Source of the DNA: a virus
Taxonomy: Duplodnaviria; Caudoviricetes
Virus record (IMG/VR): IMGVR_UViG_3300010218_000017
Span: 1 to 43,525 of that record
DNA length: 43,525 bases
Direction: 5' to 3' (one strand)
Positions 7,168-16,961 of the stretch are shown in pieces. The translations under genes were made by a program, and so were the position numbers. A model generated the notes under the pieces. It did no database searches. It was not told the origin of the DNA and worked only from the letters and a program-made list of their open reading frames with translations. Positions within the stretch are counted from its first letter, which is position 1; every line of letters starts with the position of its first letter.

Positions 7168-9288
7168 TTATGCGTCGTCCGTCTCGAATACACCCCAGCA
7201 CTGGACCACCTGGCCATCGGCCGTAATGGGGTACGTGGCGTCCGCCCTGCGGATGTTTAGAACATTGCTCCCAGCGGACCAGTTGCAGAAGACGCCCCAG
7301 CCCGACGAGATGTTCGCCCCGCTTCCAACCATGCCGTAGCCAGTCTTGGGAGTGAACGGCAGGGAGGTCTTCAAGTAGCTTGCACCTGTCCCGTTAGTGG
7401 TCACTGTGATGTTGACCATGAACCAGACCGTCTTGCCGATCCTGAAGTATCTTCCAGTCACCGAGGCGGTGGTGATGGTGCCTGAGTTGGCCGTGACTGC
7501 TGCGGGGGTATAGGAGGTGAACCCCTGCTCCATCTGATAGCTGCCCATCTTGATGCCGCCAGTGACCTGGAGGCCGCCCGTGAGCTTCTGTAGGCTAGCC
7601 GATGCACGCTCCCAGTAGACATCCGTGTACTGAACCTTGCCGTTGTCATTGTAGACAGTTAGCGTGGCCCCTGTGCCGATGACAGGGTCCGGGGCGGCAT
7701 TGTCGCGGTTATAGTTGTGGATGGTATTGCTGAAGGAGGCTGTCGCCGCGACCTCTGTCCCCTCCGCGTACACGCCGCCATCTCCCGGATAGAACGAGTG
7801 GAAGATGTTGGCACGGCTGCAACGTCGGGTATCCGCGCCAGCGGACAAGCGGACACCATAGGCGGTTCCCGAGGGGTGTCGATAGCCTCGGACGTTGTGG
7901 AAGGTGTTACTGTCAGCACCACCGACAACAATACCGGCCTTGTTGATGTGCGCGTACTGGACGTCCTCGAATACGTTCTCCGAGACGTTGGCCCAAAAGT
8001 TGCCTCCCATGACAAGGCCATAGCCTTCCTTCGTGCCCCACTGCTGATTGATGTAGAAGCGAAACTTACACATCTGCATGTCAGAAGGGTCGTAGTACGT
8101 CCGGTAGGAGGTCCCGACAGGAGAGCCCGTAGGAGGGTGTGACCAGTCGTCCACGACACTGAGGTAGACAGCCTTGTCCTGACCACCATCCACGAAGACG
8201 TCGAAATTCCCGGCGAACACCGAGCGGACCTCAAGAGTGATCCCGACGACATTCCCTGCGTCTCCTCTGCGACCGATCAGACCAAGGGAGGTCACCTGAT
8301 TGCCGAACAGAAGCTTGTCCGAAGCATCATCGGGCTTGATGACCAGCAGCCGGGACCCAATACTGTCCACCCCGGACCACCAAATGGCAGTAGCCGAGGC
8401 GATGTTGCCGAGACGGGTAAACAGGTCGCAACTCGAAGACCCGCCCTTGCCGTGGCCCATGAGCCAGATGTTGGAGGAGTTGATGAGGAGCGTCCGGTTA
8501 CAGGCGAACCAGCCTGCCCCCATGTCGATCTTCGCGCCGCCCATGGCCCGTGCCGCCGCAATAGCAGACTCCAGGGCGCACTGGTCGATCTCATCGGTTA
8601 GCGCCTGGGCTGATGGGTAGACCGCTTGAGCCGCCGCGAGACTGGCGAAGCGCTCAGACAGGTGGTGGCTAGTACCGTCGCCGATGGGGTTGAATGCCCA
8701 AAGGTCCACCCAGCGCTGCTTCCACTTGACGACGTGGTTATCATCGTTCTTACCCACGAAGTAGGAGATCGCAGAAGAGGACTGCAAGGCGTTCGTCACG
8801 TCGCTCGTCAGGGCAGCAGCTTCGGCCCGCTCGGCGTATTCCTCGGCGTCTGCGATCTGGTCGGCGTCTGGTCCTTCCTCGAAGCGGCCGGAAACGCCCA
8901 TAACGACAGACTTGCCGGCCGCAATGGTGACCTCAGGCCCGTGCTTGAGCGAGTCCGCAACCTTGTCTCGAAGCTCCTGTAGGGACTTGAAGATAATGTT
9001 GAAGTTGGTGTTGACCCCCTCGAAGTCGTAGACCGTGGAGCCGTCCTGGGTCACCTTCTCATCATCGTCTACGGGGGTCTCTCGCTCCACCCTCGTCACT
9101 GTATTGGCGGGGAAGTCTTCGAGGAGGGTGAGCTGGGCATCGGCGGACCACTCGTAGTAATCGTCGGTTACCTCAACGCCATCCGCGTAGACGTGGACAT
9201 TGGCACGCTCCTCCTCAGTCGGAGTGAACGGCAAGTTGATCGTGGTGCCCTCCGTTGCCGAAGAGACCTCCACAAAGGTATCAGCCAT
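7168..9288 (-). CDS. Tail fibre/tailspike: gp17-like N-terminal adaptor, probable beta-helix depolymerase, C-terminal beta domain
   Basis: N-terminal PF..VHVY.DG..VERETP gp17 pattern; VDLWAFNPIGDG...D..ALESAI start typical of pectate-lyase-like beta helices; G/N/S-rich core. Confidence 0.85.
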   Translation of the reverse strand: MADTFVEVSSATEGTTINLPFTPTEEERANVHVYADGVEVTDDYYEWSADAQLTLLEDFPANTVTRVERETPVDDDEKVTQDGSTVYDFEGVNTNFNIIFKSLQELRDKVADSLKHGPEVTIAAGKSVVMGVSGRFEEGPDADQIADAEEYAERAEAAALTSDVTNALQSSSAISYFVGKNDDNHVVKWKQRWVDLWAFNPIGDGTSHHLSERFASLAAAQAVYPSAQALTDEIDQCALESAIAAARAMGGAKIDMGAGWFACNRTLLINSSNIWLMGHGKGGSSSCDLFTRLGNIASATAIWWSGVDSIGSRLLVIKPDDASDKLLFGNQVTSLGLIGRRGDAGNVVGITLEVRSVFAGNFDVFVDGGQDKAVYLSVVDDWSHPPTGSPVGTSYRTYYDPSDMQMCKFRFYINQQWGTKEGYGLVMGGNFWANVSENVFEDVQYAHINKAGIVVGGADSNTFHNVRGYRHPSGTAYGVRLSAGADTRRCSRANIFHSFYPGDGGVYAEGTEVAATASFSNTIHNYNRDNAAPDPVIGTGATLTVYNDNGKVQYTDVYWERASASLQKLTGGLQVTGGIKMGSYQMEQGFTSYTPAAVTANSGTITTASVTGRYFRIGKTVWFMVNITVTTNGTGASYLKTSLPFTPKTGYGMVGSGANISSGWGVFCNWSAGSNVLNIRRADATYPITADGQVVQCWGVFETDDA

Positions 9289-9301
9289 TTCGTGATGTCT
9301 C

Positions 9302-12300
9302 CTAGTAGCCCAGGGCCTTCAGGAGGTTTGCTCCTGCGTCTGGGTTGCCAGTGGTGTTGTTGAGGAAGGACGCCGCCGCCTGCGCTTGCTGTTTGCGCAT
9401 GAGCTTGCCGATTTCGGGGTGCTCTATGAGGAGGTCCCCGAGCGCCATCTGGCGGTACTTCTGGACGATCCCCGCGAAGGCATTGAGCTTGGTGCCTTTC
9501 ACGCCGATCTCGCCATCAGGTAGCTCCTGGTACTCTTTGGAGAGGATGAGCGTGGTGAGGGCGTTGCGCATGGAGATGCCGTTCTTTACGGGCCGCTGGG
9601 CCAACTCTTGGAAGCGGTCGTAGGCGGTCTGCCCGTTCGGGAACTTGATGTCCCTGAGGTCCACGCCGTTTCGTACTGGACTGGGCAGGGAGAGCCCCTC
9701 GCCGGTCTCCAGGATCATCCGATTGTGCTCCCGCTCCACGGCATTCGGCTCGTAGTCGGACGTCAATCCTATTCGCTTCATCACCGGCTCGCCGAAGATG
9801 TCTCGCTTGGGTGCGATTGTCTCGGAGTAGCCGGGGATGTCCTTCAGGACACGCTGCACTAGGCCATTAGCATCCCTCAGGTATGGGTCCTGATTGATAT
9901 AGGTGCGGATGGCCGAGGAGGCTGGGATCAAGCTGTTGCCGAGGTTCCCGAGGAACTTCTCCATCTTGTTCTCGGGGTCGGACAGGGCGTCTATCGTCTG
10001 GTTCAGGTTCATCAGGAAGGTGCGCTCCCTGATATTGGCCGCAATGGCAATCGCCGAGGCAGTCGCCAGGTCGGTCAGTGACTTGTGGTCTGGATTGACG
10101 GCCCATATGTTGTGGATGTCAGCCGCAATGCCTAAGGTGAAGCCAACCGGGTCTAGGCGACTGTACGGCGTGAAGTGGATGCTGCCGTCCTTATTCTGGT
10201 GTTTGATCGCATAAGGCTTCCAGCCCTGCTGTGTCATCTGCTGGGCCAGATTCGGGTCGGACGGCGGGGCACCAGTGATCACGCCGCTGTGGGAGAGGTA
10301 CGCAGCCGCCATCATATAGAGAGAGCCCAGCGTCATTTGGCCCATGGCTTGCGCCTGCGCCTCTGGTCCCATCTTGCCGAGGAGCATCTGACGATACTCC
10401 GTCTGCATCAGGACGTTGATGCCTGGCGTGTACTTGATGCCATACCGCAGCGCATTCGCTGGCGTCTTCACGAAGAGGAACACCAGGCCAGAAGGCTCCC
10501 AGTTGGAGCGGAAGTTCCTGATGGCCGCCCCGAGCGTTCCTGGTAGGAGCTGCTGGTTGAACGTAGACGTCTGGGCCTCATGGATGGCCTCGCGGTCCAA
10601 GGCCGCTCCGTTGTCGTCAAACGCCTGGGCGAGGTGCTCGGCGATATAATCCGCCCTCTCCCTCCCAGTCAGACCCAAGGTATCAGCAGTGACGGCCGCC
10701 CTAGCCTGGATGACTGCCCGATAGCGGATTGTTTTGAAGAAGGCGTCAGATGCTCCGAGCGCCCTGGTGGGTAGACCTGTACCATTCCTGTAGAGGTAGT
10801 TGGCTGCCGTGAGGGCATTATGCGCAACGTCTTCCACCGTCTCCATGGCACGGAACGGGGCGTAGTCCAGAGGTCTGAGCATCGTGTGGTCGGATGGAGG
10901 CTGGTCCAGCCAATCAGAGACATGCGGGTCCAGCTTACTATCGGCCCTTATGAAAGACTCTGCGGCCGATTTCAGTCCATCCGTAACAGAAGCAGCCGTG
11001 TAGTAGTATTCCTTAGCCGCCTGCGAAACTAGGCTTTTGGCGTTAGGACGCATCAAGGCCATCCGCTCCACACCGCCGATGAGCTTCTCGGCTGGGCGGG
11101 CAATCTGCATGTAGGTGTTACCAGTGAAGTTGACCAAATGCGGCACCCAACTCCACAGCACCCCATTCCGCAGGACGAACTTGGCCTCATCCATCACCCA
11201 CTTGAGGACGGACGGCTTGGCGATCTCCTTGATCTTCGCCGGGTCTCCGCCAGTGCTGTCCATGAGCTGGATGAACTTGTCGTCATCGAGCCCATTGAGT
11301 TTCTTCAAGTTCTCCTCGGTGATCCCGAACTCGGACCTCATCCTCCGCATCGTGCGGCCAACGTTGGACCGTATGGACTGGGCCGCCGAGTAGACCTGGA
11401 AGGCGACATTGAGCCTCCTCCGCGCCTCGCTCACGGCCGCCGCAGCGTCTCCGCCGAAGTCCTGGAGGTTGCCCCAGCGCACCTTGTTGACGACGTCCCA
11501 CGAGTCCATGAACATGCGGGTGGACACCAGGTACCCAGTCTCCATGTTCCGCACCATGCCCGCTGCCGCCTCGCCGGCCTTGGCGATCTGCCCGATGACG
11601 GCTGTGGGGTCCTCGTTGAAGAATTTCGAGGCGTTCCGAACCATGCGGTCCACGGTGGCATCCTTGAGGACATCACCGCCCTTGGCAGCGTTCAGCTCGG
11701 GTCGAAGCACGGCGGAGGTGTTGGAGATCAGCGTCGAGACGTCTTCGGGTGTCTGGAGCTTCTGCCACGGTATGGAACCCCCTTCGGCAAACTTGTAGCC
11801 TTGGAGGACCGCCTCTTGCCGGCTGCCCGCCTGGGCGATGGCTTCGAGGTCGAAGTTGGTACCCTTGATGATCGACTGGACGTCCTCGGGCGTGATGGAG
11901 TCCTTGAGGGTCGTGACCTTCTCGGGGTTGGGGAGCGGGAGCGGGTTCTGCGATATGACCGGCTCAAGTCCGCTCTGTACGGGCTCTGAGATGGATGCCC
12001 CAGGCTCAATCCCTGTAGCCTCGGCCTGATCGGCAGGTAGCGACTGCGAGGCGGCCTTGACGCGGACACGGGGCTTAACATTGGATGTGGCACCGCCCAG
12101 CACGGTACCCGGCTGCTCCACCATCGTAAGTGCATCGTCGCTTGGGCTGGCCACCTGTGAGACTGCGGGTACTCGGACCCTAGGCTTCTCACCTTGGGTT
12201 ACCGCCTCGACGGTCTTGGGGTCTGCCATCTCTTGGATGACTTCCTTGGCGGCCTCGTTATCTCCCGCCTTCGCCAGCTTCAGGGCCTTGAGCCCCAGCA

Positions 12301-13015
12301 TGAAGGCACCGCCAAGCGCGACATCGAGCCCCGCGCCTTCGAGCGCATTCTTCAAGCGCCCTTCAGCATTGCTGTCGCTGGGGTTGGCCGCCAGGTACTC
12401 GGACACAGGGTTCTCCAGCGCGGGGAACTCCTGGATCAGGTTCGAAAGTCGCTCCTGATGTGGGTCCATGACGACGCCGGCAGCGAGTGCACCTTTGACG
12501 GTCTCGTAGGTGGTCGGCAGCGCCTTCACCGCACGGATGGCCTTGAGCGGGGCCATAAGTTTCCCCGCCCCGATCAGGCCTGTGACGAACTGAGCGACTG
12601 GCCCAGTGATCGCCGCAGTAGTGTTCATCGAGGCGGCCCTGTCGGACTCGTGCTCGATGATTTTCCTGAGGCCTGACTTCTGGTCCTCGGTGACAGGCTG
12701 ACCGGCCATCTCCCTGATGAAGTCGTTCGTCTCTATTACGGACTTAGCGGCTCCAGTCGTGGCGGCCATCCCGATGGGGTCGGCCTTGGTGATGTCTAGC
12801 GGCTCACCATTGAGGGCTTGACGAGCAAGATTGAACGTCGGGCCGATCCACCCAGTGACCGGGTTGAAGCGCTGAGCTGCCTCCCCGATCTGATCCAAGA
12901 CACCTGGCTGTTCGCTGGTGGTCTGAGAAGTTTGGTCCTCTTGGGCCGGCTGCGAGGCCTGAGCCTGACGTTCCTGTACGATCTGATCGACAAGCGTCTT
13001 CAGTTGGTCGTCCAT
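9302..13015 (-). CDS. Internal virion (ejectosome) protein, gp16-like
   Basis: 1237 aa, last of three internal virion genes before the tail fibre; motif copy immediately upstream. Confidence 0.8.
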   Translation of the reverse strand: MDDQLKTLVDQIVQERQAQASQPAQEDQTSQTTSEQPGVLDQIGEAAQRFNPVTGWIGPTFNLARQALNGEPLDITKADPIGMAATTGAAKSVIETNDFIREMAGQPVTEDQKSGLRKIIEHESDRAASMNTTAAITGPVAQFVTGLIGAGKLMAPLKAIRAVKALPTTYETVKGALAAGVVMDPHQERLSNLIQEFPALENPVSEYLAANPSDSNAEGRLKNALEGAGLDVALGGAFMLGLKALKLAKAGDNEAAKEVIQEMADPKTVEAVTQGEKPRVRVPAVSQVASPSDDALTMVEQPGTVLGGATSNVKPRVRVKAASQSLPADQAEATGIEPGASISEPVQSGLEPVISQNPLPLPNPEKVTTLKDSITPEDVQSIIKGTNFDLEAIAQAGSRQEAVLQGYKFAEGGSIPWQKLQTPEDVSTLISNTSAVLRPELNAAKGGDVLKDATVDRMVRNASKFFNEDPTAVIGQIAKAGEAAAGMVRNMETGYLVSTRMFMDSWDVVNKVRWGNLQDFGGDAAAAVSEARRRLNVAFQVYSAAQSIRSNVGRTMRRMRSEFGITEENLKKLNGLDDDKFIQLMDSTGGDPAKIKEIAKPSVLKWVMDEAKFVLRNGVLWSWVPHLVNFTGNTYMQIARPAEKLIGGVERMALMRPNAKSLVSQAAKEYYYTAASVTDGLKSAAESFIRADSKLDPHVSDWLDQPPSDHTMLRPLDYAPFRAMETVEDVAHNALTAANYLYRNGTGLPTRALGASDAFFKTIRYRAVIQARAAVTADTLGLTGRERADYIAEHLAQAFDDNGAALDREAIHEAQTSTFNQQLLPGTLGAAIRNFRSNWEPSGLVFLFVKTPANALRYGIKYTPGINVLMQTEYRQMLLGKMGPEAQAQAMGQMTLGSLYMMAAAYLSHSGVITGAPPSDPNLAQQMTQQGWKPYAIKHQNKDGSIHFTPYSRLDPVGFTLGIAADIHNIWAVNPDHKSLTDLATASAIAIAANIRERTFLMNLNQTIDALSDPENKMEKFLGNLGNSLIPASSAIRTYINQDPYLRDANGLVQRVLKDIPGYSETIAPKRDIFGEPVMKRIGLTSDYEPNAVEREHNRMILETGEGLSLPSPVRNGVDLRDIKFPNGQTAYDRFQELAQRPVKNGISMRNALTTLILSKEYQELPDGEIGVKGTKLNAFAGIVQKYRQMALGDLLIEHPEIGKLMRKQQAQAAASFLNNTTGNPDAGANLLKALGY

Positions 13016-13029
13016 CTGGACCCCTTATT

Positions 13030-13046
13030 GTGTGGAATGTTAGAGG
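13030..13046 (-). promoter_or_regulatory. Conserved motif CCTCTAACATTCCACAC upstream of the gp16-like gene
   Basis: Identical 17-mer to 34904-34920; fills the intergenic gap. Confidence 0.8.
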
Positions 13047-13047
13047 A

Positions 13048-16000
13048 TTACTTCAGCGCGAAGTGCGGCCGATCCACGAAGGACTTAAAGTCACCACCCC
13101 ACTCGATGTTCACCCCAAGCTCCTTGGCGGCTGCCTTCATGGCCTTGGCGATTTCGGCTTGCTTGGAGTGGTCGTTGAAGTCCACCGCACCATCATCCCC
13201 GAGAACCCAGAGGTCGGCCGCCTTGCCATCCAGATGGTCGGACTTCATGGTCTTGGACCAGCCCCACTCCACAGCCTTCTTCTGCTGCTCGGTGGTGCGC
13301 TTGCCGGCCCCGACGACGAACTTGATGCCCGTCTTCTTGCGTGCGAGGTCGATAACCTGGGCGAGTTTCGGATCGACGGACTTGCGGTTCTTCTCATCGT
13401 TGGCCACCGGGTCGCTGTTCCAGTAGAGGAACTGCGGGAGTTCGGCCTGAGGTATCTTGGCGTAGGCAGCAGGCACCGCGTCGGCCTTCTGGCTTGGGTC
13501 CTTGCCGGTCAGGATGGAGTCGAAGGGCGAAGCGCCACTCTTCATCACCTGGAGGGCCGAAAGGACGCTGTCACGAGACACCGAGGCGTGCTGCCCCTTG
13601 TAGGCGCTGGTGCCCCTGTCGGTCGGCAGCGAGGCCCATTCCTTGGCGAGGTTGTTGGCGAAGGTCTTGTCGCTCATCTCGCCGGCAATCCACTTGTCGT
13701 AGCCCCTGAACTTCAGGCGGTCGATCGCAAAGCGGTCCTGCATGGCCTGATCGAACACGGCGTCATCGGGGATGTTGTGCTCCTTGCGCCACGCCCTGAG
13801 CGTCGTCCTGGTGGCCTGGTACCTTCCGACCGCCGACGAGTTCAGCTTGTTGTTCGGGTTCCGCAACATCTTCGTCTGGAGGTCGTCAACCTGCTTCATG
13901 GTCATCTTGGTGAGGTCCACGGGGCCGCCCGTATAGGCTCCGTAGTTCAGCGTCTCATCGTAGCCGCGCCCACGATCGGTCGCCTCGGAGTGGCCCAGAA
14001 GGTTCAGGAACGAAGCGGCCTGCTTGTTGTCGGAGAGTGTCGTGCTCATGCCTTGGTTCTTCACTACGTTGTCGATCATGGTTCCGATCGCGTCAGACAC
14101 CGACTGGGGCGGATGCGAGATCAGCTTGTTGAGGTCTTCCACGGTCGAGGGGATGATGGCGGTCTGGTGATCGGCCGTGTCTGCCTGAGGGTGATCCCCG
14201 AGGTAGAAGGCGTCCTGGGCCTGATGCAGCTTCTCAGCAAAGGCGTTGGCGTTCTCAGGCGTGTCGAACTTCCCGAGGAACTGGCCCGTCTTGTGGTACA
14301 GGTCGATCGCCTCCTGGTCGGTCAAGAGTTTGCCATCAGGGCTGACTGTCGGGACCAGAATTTCCTTGCCATCCTCCTCGAACGACATGGACCGCACGGT
14401 GGCGATGGAGCCGTCTTCGAGTTTGACTTGGGGCCGGTGCTTCAGGTCGATATTGCCTTGCTCCAGGAGCCCCGGCTGTTCGCCTGTGGGGCCTGCTGGC
14501 GTCTCGGCGCTATGGACCACCGTCTTGGCACGCTTCCAGATTTCCGCATTCAGCTCGTCTGGCGTCATCCCAAGCTTCTTGGCGGCGTCCTCGATATACT
14601 TCTGACTATCGTCTGGCAGCGTGTCGATCATCGGCGGGTTGTCGCTCTGGAAGAACTTCTCCACCTCGTTGTTTCCTTGGTGTGTCAGGTCCTCGGGGAG
14701 CGGAGTATTGGCCGTCTGCTCCCGGAACTTCTCCCTAGCGATATCCGCCTCGCCCTTGTACTTGTTGGCGTCCGTACTGGTGAGCTGCGGGTCGATCCTC
14801 TGAAGGATCATATTGCCCGTCTCGTTGATGAACTTCTCGCGATCGATGATCGAAGCGTCAGGGTTCTTGTCGTCCCATTCCATGAGGGCGGACTCAAAGT
14901 CCTGGATCGCCTGGAGAGACTCATCGTTCATCGCCACGTTGCCGAAGATGTCCGTAAATATCTTCTCTTCGGGGCCGTGCATCCGCTCGGCGATGGCCTT
15001 GGTGAAGCGCTTGGCGGTCTGAGACGTGAGGATGCCTGTACCCTCGCGGCGGGCCTTGTCGAACTTCTCCACTCGGTCGAGGAGGGAGGAGAGCGTATTC
15101 GGGTCCCTGATCTTGCCATCGGCGGCGAGCTTCAGGATGTCAGCACGGGTCATCGACCGCTCGGCGATATCACGCTGTATCTGCATGATCTCCTTGGGGT
15201 CTTCGAACTCGCGCTCATCAGCCAGGCTCTTCCTCATCTCGGCGATGTGCTGGCGGGCCTTGGGGTCGTACTTTTCGAGTTCCTGTAGGACGTCCTCAGG
15301 CACCTGCTGATTGGGGTCGGAGGCGATGAGGCGGGAGACGCCAGTCCAGATGACCTCCTCCTTGGCCTTGTCTTCCTTGGCCTGCTTCTTGTCGAGGTCG
15401 TTCTCTTGCTGCCGTGCGATCGTCTCCAGCTTGTCCATGGCGTCTTGCTTGGCGTCTCTGAACAGTGGGTAGTCCTTCAGCGAGACATCATCACCCTCGG
15501 CCTTCTTGTCCAGGAGGTCCAGGAGCTTGGGGTCACGCAGCTCGACGGCCTTGGCGGTGATCGCCGCGACCATCTGCTTGTCGTAGTCCTCCTTGCGCAT
15601 ACCACTGGCGAGCGCCTGCTTGCGCTGCTCCTGGATGTCCGTCCAGAGGGCCTCGTAGTTCGTGCCTTCCTTGGTGTCCAAGCCCTGCTGGTTGGCCGCG
15701 TCTACTGTCCGCCCGGCGATGGCCCCTGCGGTATCTACGGCCCCCTTGTAGACCGAATTGGCGCTGTCCTTACCGAAGACATCATGTCCGTCCTGCCAGA
15801 GCTGCCGGATGTGCGGATTGAGCCCACGGAGGACGTCTGGGTCCTGGGTGTCAACGTTGTTCTTGATGAAGTCGCCGAGGAAGGTGTTGAAGGCGTTCGG
15901 GTCGTTGGAGTTCTTCCCGTCCCACTTCATGTACTCCGCATTGAACTTCTCACGAAGCTGGATACCGGCGAGGTTGCCCTGGGCCGCCTTATAGCTCCGC

Positions 16001-16296
16001 ATGAAGACAGGCGAGGCGTTGGCCGGAACCTTCCCCTGGCGGACTGCCTCAGCCCAACCAAGCGAGTTATTCTCGTTGAAGGCTGCCTCGGCCCTGATCT
16101 TGTCCGCCTCATCGAACTTGGCCTGCCGCTTCTCCATGAAGCTGGAGAGCCCCTCGTCAAACGCTGCGAGGCCCTGGGCGAGATCGTGGAGGGGGCTCGG
16201 TGCCGGCTCTGCGGGTCGGACATAGGTGTTGACGGGCTGGGCGATTGGCTGGATGGCGACTGGAGCGCTGATGCCCTGGAAGGGTGTCCTGGCCAT
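13048..16296 (-). CDS. Internal virion protein, gp15-like, with a lambda-type lysozyme/transglycosylase domain and a C-terminal M15 peptidase domain
   Basis: N-terminal APSPLHDLAQGL gp15 pattern; HSE..RGY...SSAVGRYQ...FDQAMQD...LAKEWASLP; SDHLDGKAADL...WGGDFKSFVDRPHF. Confidence 0.85.
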   Translation of the reverse strand: MARTPFQGISAPVAIQPIAQPVNTYVRPAEPAPSPLHDLAQGLAAFDEGLSSFMEKRQAKFDEADKIRAEAAFNENNSLGWAEAVRQGKVPANASPVFMRSYKAAQGNLAGIQLREKFNAEYMKWDGKNSNDPNAFNTFLGDFIKNNVDTQDPDVLRGLNPHIRQLWQDGHDVFGKDSANSVYKGAVDTAGAIAGRTVDAANQQGLDTKEGTNYEALWTDIQEQRKQALASGMRKEDYDKQMVAAITAKAVELRDPKLLDLLDKKAEGDDVSLKDYPLFRDAKQDAMDKLETIARQQENDLDKKQAKEDKAKEEVIWTGVSRLIASDPNQQVPEDVLQELEKYDPKARQHIAEMRKSLADEREFEDPKEIMQIQRDIAERSMTRADILKLAADGKIRDPNTLSSLLDRVEKFDKARREGTGILTSQTAKRFTKAIAERMHGPEEKIFTDIFGNVAMNDESLQAIQDFESALMEWDDKNPDASIIDREKFINETGNMILQRIDPQLTSTDANKYKGEADIAREKFREQTANTPLPEDLTHQGNNEVEKFFQSDNPPMIDTLPDDSQKYIEDAAKKLGMTPDELNAEIWKRAKTVVHSAETPAGPTGEQPGLLEQGNIDLKHRPQVKLEDGSIATVRSMSFEEDGKEILVPTVSPDGKLLTDQEAIDLYHKTGQFLGKFDTPENANAFAEKLHQAQDAFYLGDHPQADTADHQTAIIPSTVEDLNKLISHPPQSVSDAIGTMIDNVVKNQGMSTTLSDNKQAASFLNLLGHSEATDRGRGYDETLNYGAYTGGPVDLTKMTMKQVDDLQTKMLRNPNNKLNSSAVGRYQATRTTLRAWRKEHNIPDDAVFDQAMQDRFAIDRLKFRGYDKWIAGEMSDKTFANNLAKEWASLPTDRGTSAYKGQHASVSRDSVLSALQVMKSGASPFDSILTGKDPSQKADAVPAAYAKIPQAELPQFLYWNSDPVANDEKNRKSVDPKLAQVIDLARKKTGIKFVVGAGKRTTEQQKKAVEWGWSKTMKSDHLDGKAADLWVLGDDGAVDFNDHSKQAEIAKAMKAAAKELGVNIEWGGDFKSFVDRPHFALK

Positions 16297-16299
16297 GAG

Positions 16300-16446
16300 T
16301 TAGTCCTTTCTGCCGTTCCAAAGGCGCAAGAGGAGAACCACGAGGATCGACAACAAGACGAACTCTACGAACATCGCCACGCCCTTAGGTATCTGGACGT
16401 CACCATGAAGCTGGTGCTTATGGGTCGTAGGGGCTACAGCAACCAT
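16300..16446 (-). CDS. Small single-TM membrane protein (48 aa, absent from the ORF track)
   Basis: TAATG coupling with the gp14-like stop; MVAVAPTTHKHQLHGDVQIPKGVAMFVEFVLLSILVVLLLRLWNGRKD; ends 3 nt before the gp15-like ATG. Confidence 0.6.
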   Translation of the reverse strand: MVAVAPTTHKHQLHGDVQIPKGVAMFVEFVLLSILVVLLLRLWNGRKD

Positions 16447-16958
16447 TATGCCGTCTGATCCTGTGGGATTTCTTTGAGCGCCCCACCGATGCCTTGCAGC
16501 ACATACCCGAGCGGGTTGGGGGCCACCGGCCGTTGGACGGAGTTGATCTGGTTCTGGATGGTGGTCTCGGTGCCCTGGAGTTCGGCATTGAGCTGGAGCA
16601 CGGTGTTCTTATAGTTCGTGTTCAGGGACTCTTGGTTCCGCAGCACATCCCGCTGGAGGCCGTTGATGATGTTGTCCACGGAGAGACCAGTGATGCCACC
16701 TTCAGCGGCAGACACCTCGGCCTTGGCTTTCGCCTCCGCACCCTCAACTTCCTGGAGGTGCTGCTTCTGGGCAAACGCATCGCCTTCCTGGGTGGCCCGC
16801 AGTTGGAGCTTCTTCTGGTCCTCGACGCCGGCCGCCATGGCATTCGTGAAGTTCTGCTTCCACTGCTGGGCCCTGTCGTTGTAGTCCGCCTGGGCCGCCG
16901 CGAAGGAGACCGCCGACTGGGCGAGACCGACGATGGCCCCGAGTGCTGCTACGCACAT
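16446..16958 (-). CDS. Internal virion protein gp14-like
   Basis: MC start, hydrophobic Ala-rich N-terminus, AEGGITGLSVD motif, synteny. Confidence 0.85.
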   Translation of the reverse strand: MCVAALGAIVGLAQSAVSFAAAQADYNDRAQQWKQNFTNAMAAGVEDQKKLQLRATQEGDAFAQKQHLQEVEGAEAKAKAEVSAAEGGITGLSVDNIINGLQRDVLRNQESLNTNYKNTVLQLNAELQGTETTIQNQINSVQRPVAPNPLGYVLQGIGGALKEIPQDQTA

Positions 16959-16961
16959 AGG

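Noticed and set aside
13030-15288. 752-aa + strand ORF, and similar long antisense ORFs at 3995-5224, 15406-16458, 20194-21501, 21751-22683 and 22589-23701
   Set aside because: They mirror well-supported - strand genes; typical shadow ORFs caused by high GC3 codon bias, with no RBS or motif support and no recognisable domains
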